Assembly: GCA_951406725.2 (NCBI GenBank)
Contig: OX597829.1
Span: 32,488,001 to 32,552,000, forward strand
Direction of reading: 5' to 3'
Origin: Octopus vulgaris
Lineage: Eukaryota
DNA length: 64,000 nucleotides
Positions within the stretch are counted from its first letter, which is position 1, and the number at the start of each line of letters is the position of its first letter. A program made the position numbers and the translations under genes. Below are positions 39,951 through 52,531 of this stretch, one piece after another. The notes beneath the pieces were generated by a model. It made no database searches, was not told the DNA's origin, and saw only the letters and a list, made by a program, of their open reading frames with translations.

Positions 39951-40112
39951 GACGGGCTTCTTTCAGTTTCCGTCTACCAAATCCACTCACAAGGCTTTGG
40001 TCGGCTCGAGACTATAGTAGAAGACGCTTACCCAAGGTGCCACGCCGTAGGACTGAACCCGGAACAATGTGGTTGGGAAGCAAGCTTCTTACCACACACC
40101 CACGCCTGCGCT
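39948..40112 (-). mobile_element. SINE family A 5' half, inverted relative to its neighbour
   Basis: Reverse complement of about 39380-39538. Confidence 0.9.
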
Positions 40113-41299
40113 TATATATATGTATATTTTCCTAAAATTTCAATTAATTGATTATATTTAGAGCTGTTTCTTTTATTTCTACCTTTTTTTTTCCAGGTTT
40201 TTTAAACACACATCCTAAAGGGATTTTTATAGCAATTACTTTGGAAATCTCACGTAATCGAAGTTTTTAATTCACTGTATGGTATTTGTGAAACCATTAA
40301 TTCATTCATTGATTCATTAATGCATTAATTAACAGCTATCCACCATGAATCCCCAAGGGGACAGTGCTAAGTTCCGCCAATAGCGATGCGTTGCTTAATT
40401 TATTCAGCAATTTCACCGCCCCCCCCCCCCCAACTTCATCACCACCACTGTTACATCACCGCCACCGCCGCCACCACCACCAACAACAACAACATCTCAC
40501 CAACGTTCCCATTACTACTACTACTTCTACCATCGACATCACCAACATCAATCACCAGAAACGTAACAACCACGATCACCACTACCAACATTACAGGCAA
40601 CAGCAGTAGTACCATCACCACAACCACCATGCCTCCCCACAACCACCATGCCTCCCCACAACCACCACCACCACCACTATTAGTAACAACAACAACAACA
40701 CGATCGGCAACACTAGTACCACCAGCGGATTTAGTTCTCTTCCAGACGAGTGGTTGAGTGAATACATCGTCGTCATTCTGTGGGAAATCCCGTTTATCAG
40801 AGAAGCTGCGTCGAGATTAGGTTACTTTGTGAAATTACGAAACAGGAAACCCTTGCGATTATCTTCATTATAAGGAAAATAAATGTTACTTAAGGTTGGC
40901 GGAATAATATTTAAACAACCCCTGCAGCTATATGTACATGTGTGTGGGTATGTTTGCATGCATATATGTCTATCTGTATGTATGTATGCTTGCAAGCAAT
41001 TATATATTCAAACGCGCATATGTACGTATACACACATGTGGTGTGTGCGCATGCAGATTGGCGTCACTTAATATTAAGTTAAGGATATACTAATTATTAA
41101 ACCTTAATTATTTCTATTTATTTAATCACGGTTCAAACTATGATGTAACTTTAAACATGGAAAATTGATCAACTTAATGCAATTATTGTCAGTATTAATA
41201 AAGCCTAAAAAAATAAACGTTAAATAATTTAAGAGAAAAGGTATTTCAATTTTAATATTCGATATCATGCGTTAACAGAGATAAACTATTAATGACTAT

Positions 41300-42050
41300 T
41301 TGATCATATCGTAAGAGCTGTAGTGAGGATTAAACGAAAAAGCTTATAATCAGAAATGCATTTGCGAGTTACCCAATTGCCTGCGCTGGAAAGGACTGTT
41401 TGAACCATAACTGCTGAAGTTGGATGCTCAATAACAGCAGCTCAAGAAACTGGAAATTTTTGACTGTCATCGACCAGAACAACCGCAAAAATCTACTGAA
41501 TGAATGGACCAATACATTCACCATTTGTTGATGAAGAACAGGAGAAACGACTACTGTTGACATTTTGTAAAACATTGTGCGTCAAAAATCGACCAAAGCA
41601 GTTTGAGCTTAAGCATGTGGGACAGGCTCCATGTAAAAATATCAGCAAAAACACATTTCTCTGAAAATTCGATGTAGTCATATCAGACAAGTTAAGAATC
41701 TTGAGATCGGATGAGTTGAAATTAAATTTGTTCAACTCTGATGTCTGAATTGGGCATGTGACATTGAACAAGAGAAGAGACAGTTAAGCATAGTGATAGC
41801 AATGTTATGGTTGGGGGGTCACATGCCAGGACAAAGGACTAGTCAGATAAAGAACATGAAGAATATATATACAGATCTTGAAAACGGTTATGTTTTCATA
41901 TGCCAAGATTTCATTTGAATTCATCATGACAATGACTCAAAGTAGGGTGCAGGAATAATCAAAGAATTTATTAAAATCAATAACATCCAAGTATTGCAGT
42001 GGCCAGGGCAGTCACCAAATTAAAATCCAATAAACAATTATGAGAACAGA
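41300..42050 (+). pseudogene. Decayed Tc1-family (DD34E) transposase
   Basis: LRSDELKLNLFNSD (cf. WSDESKFNLF), TVKHSDSNVMVGG (cf. TVKHGGGSVMVWG), HDNDSK (cf. QDNDPKH), VLQWPGQSPN*NPINN (cf. WPSQSPDLNPIEN). Confidence 0.82.
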
Positions 42051-42096
42051 ACCAAGGGATAAGCTTCGGGAATTACCGGGTACGTCACGTCAGCTA

Positions 42097-42160
<64 letters not shown>

Positions 42161-42265
42161 GTGTGTGTGTATAGGCAGGGAGGTATACACATGCAGATAT
42201 ATACATACATACATACATACATACATACATACATACATACATACATACATACATAGAGACATATG

Positions 42266-42300
<35 letters not shown>

Positions 42301-42544
42301 CATATACGGAAGTATGTGAGTAGACAGCCGAATAACCGGACATGCATATATACATACAGACAGACAGATAGATTCTTCGAATATGTTGCACACAACCACA
42401 CATGTTTACATATGTAGAGCAGTGCAAATACACAAAATAATTACAGGAAATAAAAGTCTCAGTGAACAGTCATCAGTTGTTAGAGGCGGCCAAAGATCAA
42501 CAGCGGTAGGAATAAACACCGAAGGCAGTAACAATAACTAAACT

Positions 42545-42597
<53 letters not shown>

Positions 42598-42757
42598 TCC
42601 AGTACATCAATGCAAAAATGAATGCGATTACGGTGCCTAGCAAGTAGTAGTAGTAGTAATAGTAGTAGTAGTAGAAGATAAGGTTTTCTGTATTGAAAGT
42701 CTTTCTAAATATGACTGTCCATTTTCCCTGCTCCATGTGTTTCTGTATGCATATACA

Positions 42758-43520
42758 CAGAGCTAGGCGTAAGTCCGTTAATTCGTTAATCGTTAATTAA
42801 CAAAGTTAACATTTTCGTTAACGATTTAGCTTTTAAGTTAACTTTGAAAATCATTATCGGACTAATTAACTTCCGTTACATTTAGCTTCAGTTAACCATA
42901 AATTCATCTACTGCAGCCCCTTGGTCGACGCAGTTTTGGCAGACATCGACAAAAGATTTGAGACCCTCCTGCATTATGAGGTATGCCAACTGGCTGCTGC
43001 CTTCCACCACCCCAGGTTTCACCACATCTGGTTGGATAGGTATGATAGCACCAAGTTCACCAAGGTGAGTAGAAGCATGGAGGATAAGGTCGAGGAGGCC
43101 ATGAGGCAGCAGTCTGAGGAAGTGAGCAGCAACAGCGGAAGCAGCAACATCGGAAGCAGCAACATCGAAGAGGTGGAGGGTGACTTCTTCAGTGGTGTCA
43201 CCCAACAAAATGAGAGCAGAAGCCACAGGTCGCTGAAGGACAAGGCCCAGAATTTAGTGAAGACCTGGTTGGAGACCAACTCAAAGATCTACTGACAGAT
43301 GCTGCATTCTTGAATGAGCCAGTGATGGTGGTTTTGTTCATCAAGTTCAACACAACCATCCCTTCCAGTGCTGCAACTGAACGTTTATTTTCCATGGGCA
43401 AGGACATCTTGAGTGCTAAGAGATTGTCCTTGTCTGATGAAAATTTTAGTATGTTAATTTTCATGAAGGGCAACACGAATCTCAGCGACAAAATGGCGGA
43501 GAAGAAGAAGAAAAATTAAA
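42758..43520 (+). mobile_element. Internally deleted hAT transposon: one end plus the C-terminal transposase region
   Basis: CAGAGCTAGGCG terminus followed by many GTTAA subterminal repeats; ORFs 42921-43295 (AAAFHHPRF) and 43310-43519 (FIKFNTTIPSSAATERLFSMGKDILSAKRLSLSDENF), the hAT dimerisation domain, split by a frameshift. Confidence 0.85.
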
Positions 43521-43799
43521 TTATGTATATATCGTGTTTTTCATTCTTTTCTTTTTATTTTTTTACAGCCACTTTTTTTTTTAGTTTGATACTAATATGT
43601 TTCATTTGAGATTTTTAAACCCTTTTCTGGCTCTAAAAGCCTTTAAAAACTTAAAACATAGCCAAAACTATGAAATCAGCCCTTTTTAGGACCTTTGAAA
43701 TTTAAAACTATAAAATCAGCAAAGAAAGAAATTACAGTTTTGAGGTTCTAAAGTCCTCAAAAAGGCCAAAAAAGCTGATTTTATAGTTTTGGCACTTTT

Positions 43800-44242
43800 T
43801 TAAACGGGTCAAAACCCATTGTATCTAATTCCTCCACGAAATCTTTACAAATTAAACAAATCACGTTAGTGAATTTCCGTAGCTTTGAGATAACGTGAGG
43901 GCTTTTCTTCCAGAAAGCACAGAACTGGGAGAAAGGCATAAATTAACCAAGGTGGATGTCAACAGAGAAAATATTGACTTCCATAAATTAGAAAAAATAA
44001 ATAGTAGGAAAAAAGTTGGCAAATATTTCGGTGTGAACGCAAATAGTTGTTACGTGGTAGCAGGGCGTGCAAGAAATAGCGGGCAAATCTTTCCTTTTCT
44101 GGGTAAAGGAGTCATTTACGCGTGATTTCGATATCACATTCGTTGAAAACAGGTGGAATAACTTGGAAAATTCCACGATTCAAAACTCCGTTGCGGGGAA
44201 ACTCAGACTTTCCCGGTGACCCGACTGGTCACAAGTTGTCTA

Positions 44243-44243
<1 letters not shown>
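43800..44243 (+). mobile_element. Probable non-autonomous Helitron (3' end clear, 5' end uncertain)
   Basis: Hairpin GTGACC-CGACT-GGTCAC (44216-44232), 7-nt spacer, terminal CTAG (44240-44243), then T and (AT)n. Confidence 0.62.
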
Positions 44244-44294
<51 letters not shown>

Positions 44295-44395
44295 GTGTGT
44301 GTGTGTGTGTGTGTATGTATATATATGTATGTATAGATGTACATACATCTACAAATGTGTGTGTTTTTTTCTGTGTACAAGCATTCACGTATAAG

Positions 44396-44442
<47 letters not shown>

Positions 44443-45154
44443 AAGAGTATGAGAAGAAGATATATATATATATAGAGAGAGAGAGAGAGGGGGGAGACAG
44501 ACAGATATACAGACAGACAGAGAAATACTGGAGTTGTAAGTTCCCTTGTGGTTTCTTCTGCCAGCTGGTGTACTCCCATTGAGAGTAATAAGCGGAAACA
44601 TTATGCCACTTGCTTAAGGACTTCCCGAACCTGTCACAACTTTTTCTTTTTGTTTTTGTCAGGTCCCAAGGGAGTCGTTTTAAAGAAACCTGGAGGCGGT
44701 ATTTGCACTCAAAGCTCTTAGAAGTAGGCAGATGCCATAAGGCATCCCACTTAACGCTCCGACAATTTCTCTAATGCACATTCCAGGACTGTTACTTTAT
44801 TTATCGACTCCAAAATGATAAAAGGTAAACTTGAAATCGATGGAATTCGAACTCTGAGAGCTGAGGATCGAAACCACACCGCAGGTTTACACTTATCCGA
44901 CAGTATACTGAATTCCAATTTGCCGACACAAACACGTACGTACGCGCACACACACACACACACACATGCTCTACGCATGCATATACACTCGCACATTAAG
45001 AAAGATCCGGTTTCAAGACTACAAGCAACGCTCCTCTATTAGAATTTAAACATCAGTGTGGTTACCGCGTATGTATGTACCTATGTATATGTCTATGCAT
45101 GTTTATTTTTATGTGTGCATGTGTATAGGTTTGTATGCATGTACTCATGTATAT

Positions 45155-45310
45155 GTGGAGGCACATGACCTAGTGGTTAGAGCAGCGGACTCGCGGTCGG
45201 GGGATCGCGGGTTCAAATCTCAGACTGGGCGATGTGCGTGTTTATGGCGAACTTCTGCTGACTCTTTCGCCACAACTTCCTCTCGCTCTTTCCTCCTGCA
45301 TCTTGCAGGA
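45155..45310 (+). mobile_element. SINE family C partial copy
   Basis: GTGGAGGCACATGACCTAGTGGTTAGAGCAGCGGACTCGCGGTC..GGTTCAAATC. Confidence 0.8.
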
Positions 45311-45314
45311 TTGT

Positions 45315-45770
45315 AGCTGTATCTTCCTTCATCACTGGGCATGTTTTTGTGATTTTGTGAATCTCAAGCTTCTGAAGTTTGGTACTGAGGCAAGATAGTC
45401 ACGTAGACAAGTGTTCCAACAATTCTAGGTTCCAATAATTCTAGATACGAATGTAAAGTTACAGTCCAGATGGAATAACTGCTGGTATCTCACAGATGTT
45501 TTCTTTTTAACACTAATTTTTAGCATTATATTAACATTTGATTTCAACTTCTGTGACTAATTTCTTTTCTTTGTCCTAGATCAATATATCTGGTCTGTTT
45601 TACTCGCAGTTTAAAGTCCTCGCAGGAACATTTCATCAATATTCTTTCACATTAGGAGTGATTATGCCCTCCACAACAATATAACGTCTTATATTTGTAC
45701 CCTTGGGGTTATACATTCTACGGATTTCGTTGTACAATGTTCCAGCAAAAACATTATGCCTGTTAAGTTA
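45315..45770 (-). mobile_element. Decayed restriction-like endonuclease region of a non-LTR element
   Basis: Minus-strand LNRHNVFAGTLYNEIR, NRPDILI*DKEKK and IVGTLVYV, with stops. Confidence 0.6.
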
Positions 45771-45854
45771 GCAAAAAAACGTGATGACATTGGTTAAGAA
45801 TATATATATGTTTCTATGTCTATTTGACTGTCTGTCTCTCAGTTCATCTGTCTT

Positions 45855-45886
<32 letters not shown>

Positions 45887-46417
45887 TGTATGTATGTATG
45901 TATGTATGTATGTATGTATGTAGGTATGTATGTATGTATGTATGTATGTATGTATGTATGTATGTATGTATTGAGGTAGGCATGTATACATGTGTGTATG
46001 CATGTATGGATGTCACAACACATTGTTCTTGGGGAAAAGAAAATGCCATAAAGAATGTTATTTAGATCAGCTTGCCAGCAGATGTGAATGTCCCCTGTAA
46101 TGTTGCGGTGAAGGAGAACATCTATAACGACTGTTAACTACATACAATCTTAACTGATTATACATGTGTAAACATTAGAATTCCAAGGTGAAATAACACA
46201 ATAGTATCCGACGGGACAGTCAAGTGGGCTTACTTTTACTAAACCGGTGGAAAATACCTCCATGTTTTTACCTGCGAATATATTTACATACGAGTATCTA
46301 TTTATTTTGTTATTATTATTGTTGTTACATGAAGCAGCGGTTGTAGTGATTTGTTGGCTTCTTTTCGTTCTTTGAACATCAAATCGCTGCTCAGGTCTTC
46401 TGATATTCAAAAAATAG

Positions 46418-46910
46418 TTTAACCCTCTACTCAATGAATCCTTTACTCGCCATAATTGTAATGAAATACATTGGTGGTTGGAACATAAATTAATGAGAAA
46501 TTTTGAATGCACGTTTTAATTCAGATAATTTTAACCCCTATGTGATATTTCTGTTGAAGTACATTGTTTTGTTTCAGTTAATTTTAAAAATAATAAAGAA
46601 TTTAGTAAAATAGCTTTATTATTAAGCTGATGTTTGGAAAATAAATTAACATAACATTTTGAATGAAGGTTTTAACTTAGATCGCTTTAACTCTTTTATT
46701 ACCATATTTCTGTTGAAATACACTATATTTGTTTCAGTTGATTTTAAAAATAGTAAAGAATTTAGTAAAATAACTTTGTCATTCTTAAGCTGGTGTTTAG
46801 AATATAAAATATAATGAAATTTTGGTGGTAAGTTTTACTTTAGATCACGTTAAACAAGAAATTTGTATCAGAATCGGGGACGATTTCGGGCTTGCTGGTA
46901 TCAAAAAGAT
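46418..46910. mobile_element. Three tandem partial copies of a ~160-200-bp element, possibly a piggyBac-type MITE
   Basis: Repeated ATATTTCTGTTGAA..AAAGAATTTAGTAAAATA..GTTTTAACTTAGATC blocks; units start at TTAACCC/TTAACTC. Confidence 0.6.
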
Positions 46911-46914
46911 CCTA

Positions 46915-47280
46915 GTTCTAAGAAGGAGACGTAATTTTGTAGCTTGTAGTGTCAAGAGTTAAATTGTCATTTTGATCATCATAGAAAGCTATTTGATGAT
47001 GTTTTCAGACTCTGTACCTAGTGATCCTATTTTAACAGGAATCACTGTTATCTCCCTGCTATTACAAACCTTTTTTAATTCCCACGTTTAGGACTTGGTA
47101 TACATCTCCCTTTTCGTTTCCTTTTTTCCCTTTCCTTTACACTGGCATCCAATGAGCAAGCTACATCAATTATCTTATAATCTTCTTCTATCTACAATTA
47201 TGTTCTGCTATCTTTCTCATGTACAGCGATATCCGGTCTCGAATGTTCCAGTTCCTTGACTATCTGGACTTTTATGGTCC
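46915..47280 (-). mobile_element. R4/Dong-type endonuclease 3' fragment
   Basis: Minus-strand KELEHSRPDIAVHEK, IIDVAC and VIPVKIGSLGT. Confidence 0.75.
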
Positions 47281-47281
47281 A

Positions 47282-47341
<60 letters not shown>

Positions 47342-47453
47342 CATTATTACTATTATTATTATTATTATTATTATTATCATTATTACTATTATTATTATTA
47401 TTATTATATTATTATTATCATTATTACTATTATTATTATTATTATTATTATTA

Positions 47454-47504
<51 letters not shown>

Positions 47505-47512
47505 TTATTATT
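47281..47512. repeat. (TTA)n microsatellite
   Basis: Direct reading of the sequence. Confidence 0.95.
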
Positions 47513-47514
47513 CA

Positions 47515-48140
47515 CGTACAACGTACAACAGATTAGACTGTCGGAAAAAAATCCTAACACTAGGCAACAAAGAGTAACCTTAAATGACAGGAATCTTCCT
47601 AAGTATTCTAGCCGTTCATAATAATACTGCTTGCTGAACTGAACTAGGTTTTTGTGCCTATTTCCTCTATCCCTCCGTTTAAATCTTTAGGAATAGTTCC
47701 TAATGCACGTATAACTACAGGGTTACATTTTACCCGCACTTTCCAAAGCCTCTGTACTTTGCTATTTTCTTTATAGCTCTCATATTTGCTTTCTTATCTT
47801 TGGGACTGTAAAGTCAATTATTTGGCACTTTCTATTCTCTTTTTTTTTTATTCCTACTAAATCAGGCCTTCTAGTTTCTATTATTCTGTCAGCCTGAATA
47901 TTAAAATCCCACATCTTATACTTCTTACTTTCAAACAATTTACCAGGTTAATGTTCATACCATTTATCAGTATGGTCAAATCCTAACTTTCTACATAACT
48001 CCCAGTGGATTATTCTTCCTAGGTTGTCATGTCTTTTCTTGTAGTCTTCGTGTACCGGCATACAACATTCACTGACTACATAAATAACACTTGCCTCCTT
48101 TGATTTACATAACCTATATTGGGAATCTAACTGAGAGTGC
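47515..48140 (-). mobile_element. R4/Dong-clade LINE 3' fragment (zinc knuckle and endonuclease)
   Basis: YRLCKSKEASVIYVVSEC..YKKRHDNLGRIIHWELCRKLGFDHTDKWYEH, WDFNIQADRIIETRRPDLV and PVVIRALGTIPK. Confidence 0.87.
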
Positions 48141-48190
<50 letters not shown>

Positions 48191-48299
48191 CATCGCAATC
48201 ATTAACATTTATGTATTAACTTTGTTGGGTACTTCACTAGCAGTATATTGGATATACGTTATCCCATAGAGGGTTGCATTTACAACCCCTATCTCAATT

Positions 48300-48349
<50 letters not shown>

Positions 48350-48350
<1 letters not shown>

Positions 48351-48570
48351 TTTTATTCATTTATTCTTTCACTTGTTTCAGTAATTTGATTGTGGCCATG
48401 CTGGAGCACCGCCTTCAGTCGAACAGATCGACCCCAGAACTTATTCTTTGTAAGTCTAGTACTTGTTCTATGCATCTCTTTTGCTGAATCCGCAAATGTA
48501 GGGGGACGTAAACACACCAACATCGGTTGTCAAGCGTTGTTAGGAGGGGGCAAACACAGATACACAAACT
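48350..48570 (-). mobile_element. SINE family A 3' half
   Basis: CTTGTTTCAGT..GGCCATGCTGGAGCACCGCC..CATCGGTTGTCAAGCG. Confidence 0.85.
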
Positions 48571-48889
48571 TATACGCACATACATACATGCATACATACA
48601 TAATACATACAAACATACACTTAGAGCATCGGTAAACTTTATGTGTTAGGCTTGATAATTGTTAAGAGACTTCCTTTAACATGAAACCAATGGTAGCCTT
48701 AACCCACGAAGTAAGAGCATTTATAAACCAATGCGGTGTTGAGCATTTCATTCTCATTGTTCGATATTAGCGTATATAAATATATATAAACACACACACA
48801 CACGCACACACACACACACACACATATATATATGTACGCACACACACATATATATGTTGTGAGAACTATATATATATATATATATATAT

Positions 48890-49090
48890 ATAGTGAGCCC
48901 AAACAAAGAAGAACAAACAAGAAAAAACAATAACTCGAGTATGTGGTACAAGCACTGTATTATCAGACGCTCAGGAAAGGAAGGAAAGAGGATTTAACGT
49001 TTCGAGGGAAGCTCTTCTTCAGAAATAGAGGTAAGTCCAAAGGAAGGGAAGACGGAGGAAAAAAATCGCCATTGATACACATGCAGTTAC
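48890..49090 (-). mobile_element. Short dispersed element carrying a hammerhead core (Penelope-type terminal repeat)
   Basis: Minus strand 49027-48961: TATTT-CTGAAGA-A-GAG(CTTCC)CTC-GAAACGTT..AGCGTC-TGATA; GUC site; weak stem I. Confidence 0.65.
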
Positions 49091-50346
49091 ATTTTGAAAT
49101 GACCGGAAGGGAATGGGTGAAGAAAAAGTTCTTTCAAAGACATGAGAGTGCAAGAGAAGGAGATATGTGTGTGTGTATGTGTGGGTATGTGCGTGCGCGC
49201 AGGTCTCTGTGTGTAATAATAGCATGTATATGTGCGTATGTATGTGTGTGTGTGAGTGTATTTTATGTCGCTTATTGTTGAAAAATTTACAGCAGGAATT
49301 TTAGGAAGAAGTAGCTGTCTTTTATCTCCCTTCACATGTGGGTAGGAGAATGGTCAGTAGAAAGGTGTTTAACTGGTAGTTTGAATTATCTGTGTGCGTC
49401 TGTGTACATGTTGTGCGTGTGTTTTGTGCAGTATATGCCTCTGTGTGTGTGTGTGTGTGTATGTGTGTATGCGTGGGTTTTTGTGTGGGTTTGTGTCTGT
49501 GGAGCAAATGTGCGTTACTCTGTCTGTGTGTTCGTGTGTGCGTGTATGTGCATGTGTGCTTATATCCATGTATGTGTAATTGTGTGCGTGTCTGTATGAG
49601 TGCGTGTTGTGTGTGTGTGTGAGATATGTGTGCGTACATGTGCGAGTGTGTGTATGTATGTGTGTGTGTGTACATGTGTGTGTGAACGTGGAGATGTGTG
49701 TCGAGTTGTGTGTGCGTTTTGTTGCTGTATGCACGCGCGTGGGTGTGTGTGTATGTGAACACACACACATACACACACATGTGAACACACACACATACAC
49801 ACGCACACATATATATATATATATATAAACGTATGTATACACACGCATCATATTATATCATATTGCTATCGTTACGAATAGTTTCATGACAGAGTCAAAA
49901 ACTCTATCATGTTTTAATTCAATCATAAAACTTATGAAATTTTACTCCATAACCGTCCTGAGTGTGTTCATGTAACTTCATTTATAACGCACTTGCGCGC
50001 CTCTGGGCCTGTATATGTGCTGGTGCATGCATGGGTATGTAGGAGTAAGTATAGACATATTCACATATATGATATCAGACACCTGGAACAGATTATAGAC
50101 CTTGAATCCATTCATTTGTTACACTCCTACCATCACCAACGCACAACCGCTGCCACATACCTGCATACACACACACACACAACAGCACACATACACTCAC
50201 ATTTTTCTTTCATTCTGTCTCTCTGTTTGTCTCTCCCCCCTCTCTCTCTCTCCATACACACACATGTATATGAATAACATTCTGCAGCTCACCATGTACA
50301 TCCAACCAATTTCCCTCCATACAGAGGAAGCAGATGACAGTCTATT

Positions 50347-50349
<3 letters not shown>

Positions 50350-50380
<31 letters not shown>

Positions 50381-50415
50381 GTAATAATAATAGTAATAAT
50401 AATAATAATAATAAT

Positions 50416-50467
<52 letters not shown>

Positions 50468-50494
50468 GTAATAATAATAATAATAATTATAATA

Positions 50495-50572
<78 letters not shown>
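50350..50572. repeat. (AAT)n microsatellite
   Basis: Direct reading of the sequence. Confidence 0.95.
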
Positions 50573-50575
<3 letters not shown>

Positions 50576-50761
50576 GAGTCAAAATTAAAAGAAGAGTGCC
50601 ATTGTTATCTAGTGAACGATATTTCGACATTTTGTGTGTCTATAATAACCAAAATGAAGTAGATTGACAAAATTATTTTTTGAACCAGGTGAAGACACAC
50701 AAGATGTCGAAATATCGTTCACTAGATAACAATGGCAACCTTCTTTTAATTTCGACTCTAT
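50573..50761. repeat. Inverted repeat (~70-bp arms, ~50-nt spacer)
   Basis: ATAGAGTCAAAATTAAAAGAAG..TGTGTGTCTT pairs with AAGACACACAAG..TTTCGACTCTAT with few mismatches. Confidence 0.9.
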
Positions 50762-50793
50762 ATCTTCTGGAGGAGTTACCTCAATCCTTTATA

Positions 50794-50860
<67 letters not shown>

Positions 50861-51305
50861 TTGAACTTAGAACACAAAAACGAACTAAATGCAGCTAAAC
50901 TTTTGGCCCAGCGTATTAGCGATTCTGCCAGCTCGCCGCCCTAAGTCAAGATATAGACAAATGGCTGAAGTAGATGGGAATAGAATGCTCGGTAGAGTTC
51001 CTACAGAAAGTTTGTCTCTTAGGATCAGCAAGGATAACCAGGGGTGTTCTAAACACTTGAAAGACAGCTGAAATCCTGTGGACATTTCAGGTTACAGGTA
51101 GTAAGCCGCTATCCACAAAAGTCCAACCAGGAACAAGACCGAACCTGAGCCAAACCGAAATAACAATCCTTCCTACTAAAGTAAAATGCCTGAAATTTTG
51201 GAGGAGGGGTTTCAAAGGGATTTAATTTATCAACCCGAAAGGATGAAAGGCAAAGTCGAACCGGGCGTAATTTGAACTGAGACGGACGAAATGCCGCAAC
51301 AACAC

Positions 51306-51361
<56 letters not shown>

Positions 51362-51791
51362 GTTATTATCATAATTCAATGTCATATAGAGAACACCTCC
51401 CTGCCTTTATATGTAAGAGGATGGCAGCGGAGGAGGTAGTAGAAGAGGTGGTGATGTTAATGCTGTCGTTGTCGGTGATGGTGATGGTGATTAAGATAGT
51501 GCATTGGAAATACACTGAGGTCTGGTGGTGGAGGTGAAGACGTTGATGATGGGAATAAAACGATATAATGGAGGTGGTGATGGTAGAGGTGGTAGCGGTG
51601 GCTGGTGATGAGGCAGGGCTGGTGAGGTGCTGGTGAGGTGCTTTTCGGTCCTGACCGAAAACATCTTGGTACAACATAATTTGGGCAGAACCGGAAACAG
51701 TTGTGTGAAGTATTAGACTGAGATAAGAAATTAATTACACCGAACATGAAGGAGGGAGAGAAACACACACCCTTCACACCCTTCACACACC

Positions 51792-51828
<37 letters not shown>

Positions 51829-52329
51829 CCTGCACAAACACACACACATTGCTCTCTGTATATACACTGGTATCTCATATATATACGCACGTACACAAAC
51901 ACAGAGTACATAAGTAATACATATATACACAAACATCCAGACACGTGTATGTACATATGTATTCTCAACGAACATGTGTGTGAGTGTGTGAGCATATGTG
52001 TGTGAGTGTCTGAGTATATGCGTGTGAGCGTAAGGTACCACACATAGGAGAAATGGTACTCAGTACCCAAAAGCAGACTGTTTCTTTTTGTTTATATTAT
52101 ATTATATTTAGCTGTAAACCCACAAAAGCGACTCCAGGTTCAAGAATTTCGTACATTGCATGTGTGCGATAAGTGCAACGCACGTACACTAACTAGCTCT
52201 CGAATCACTTTTGTGACTTTATTGCTAAATAATCTGTCTGTCTAAACGTCTATCTCTCTGTCCATCTGCCTGTATATATCTTTCTCAGTCTGTCGGCTGC
52301 CTGTCTCCCCCTTCCATCCTTCTCTCTCT

Positions 52330-52468
52330 CTGACCGCGTGTGTACCGTTGGCGATTTTTTTCCTCTGTTTTCCCTTCTCTGGATCTTTCCTTCTCCTATG
52401 TTTCCGGCGAAGAGCTCCGCTCGAAACGTTAAACCCTCCTTCTTTTCTTCTTTTTGAGCGTCCAATAA

Positions 52469-52470
<2 letters not shown>
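52330..52470 (+). mobile_element. Short dispersed element with a mutated hammerhead
   Basis: CCGGCGA-A-GAGC(TCC)GCTC-GAAACGTT..GAGCGTC; homologous to 48890-49090. Confidence 0.65.

Positions 52471-52531
<61 letters not shown>

Noticed and set aside
40364-40757. His/Pro/Thr-rich ORFs
   Set aside because: Degenerate (CAC/CAA)n simple repeat.
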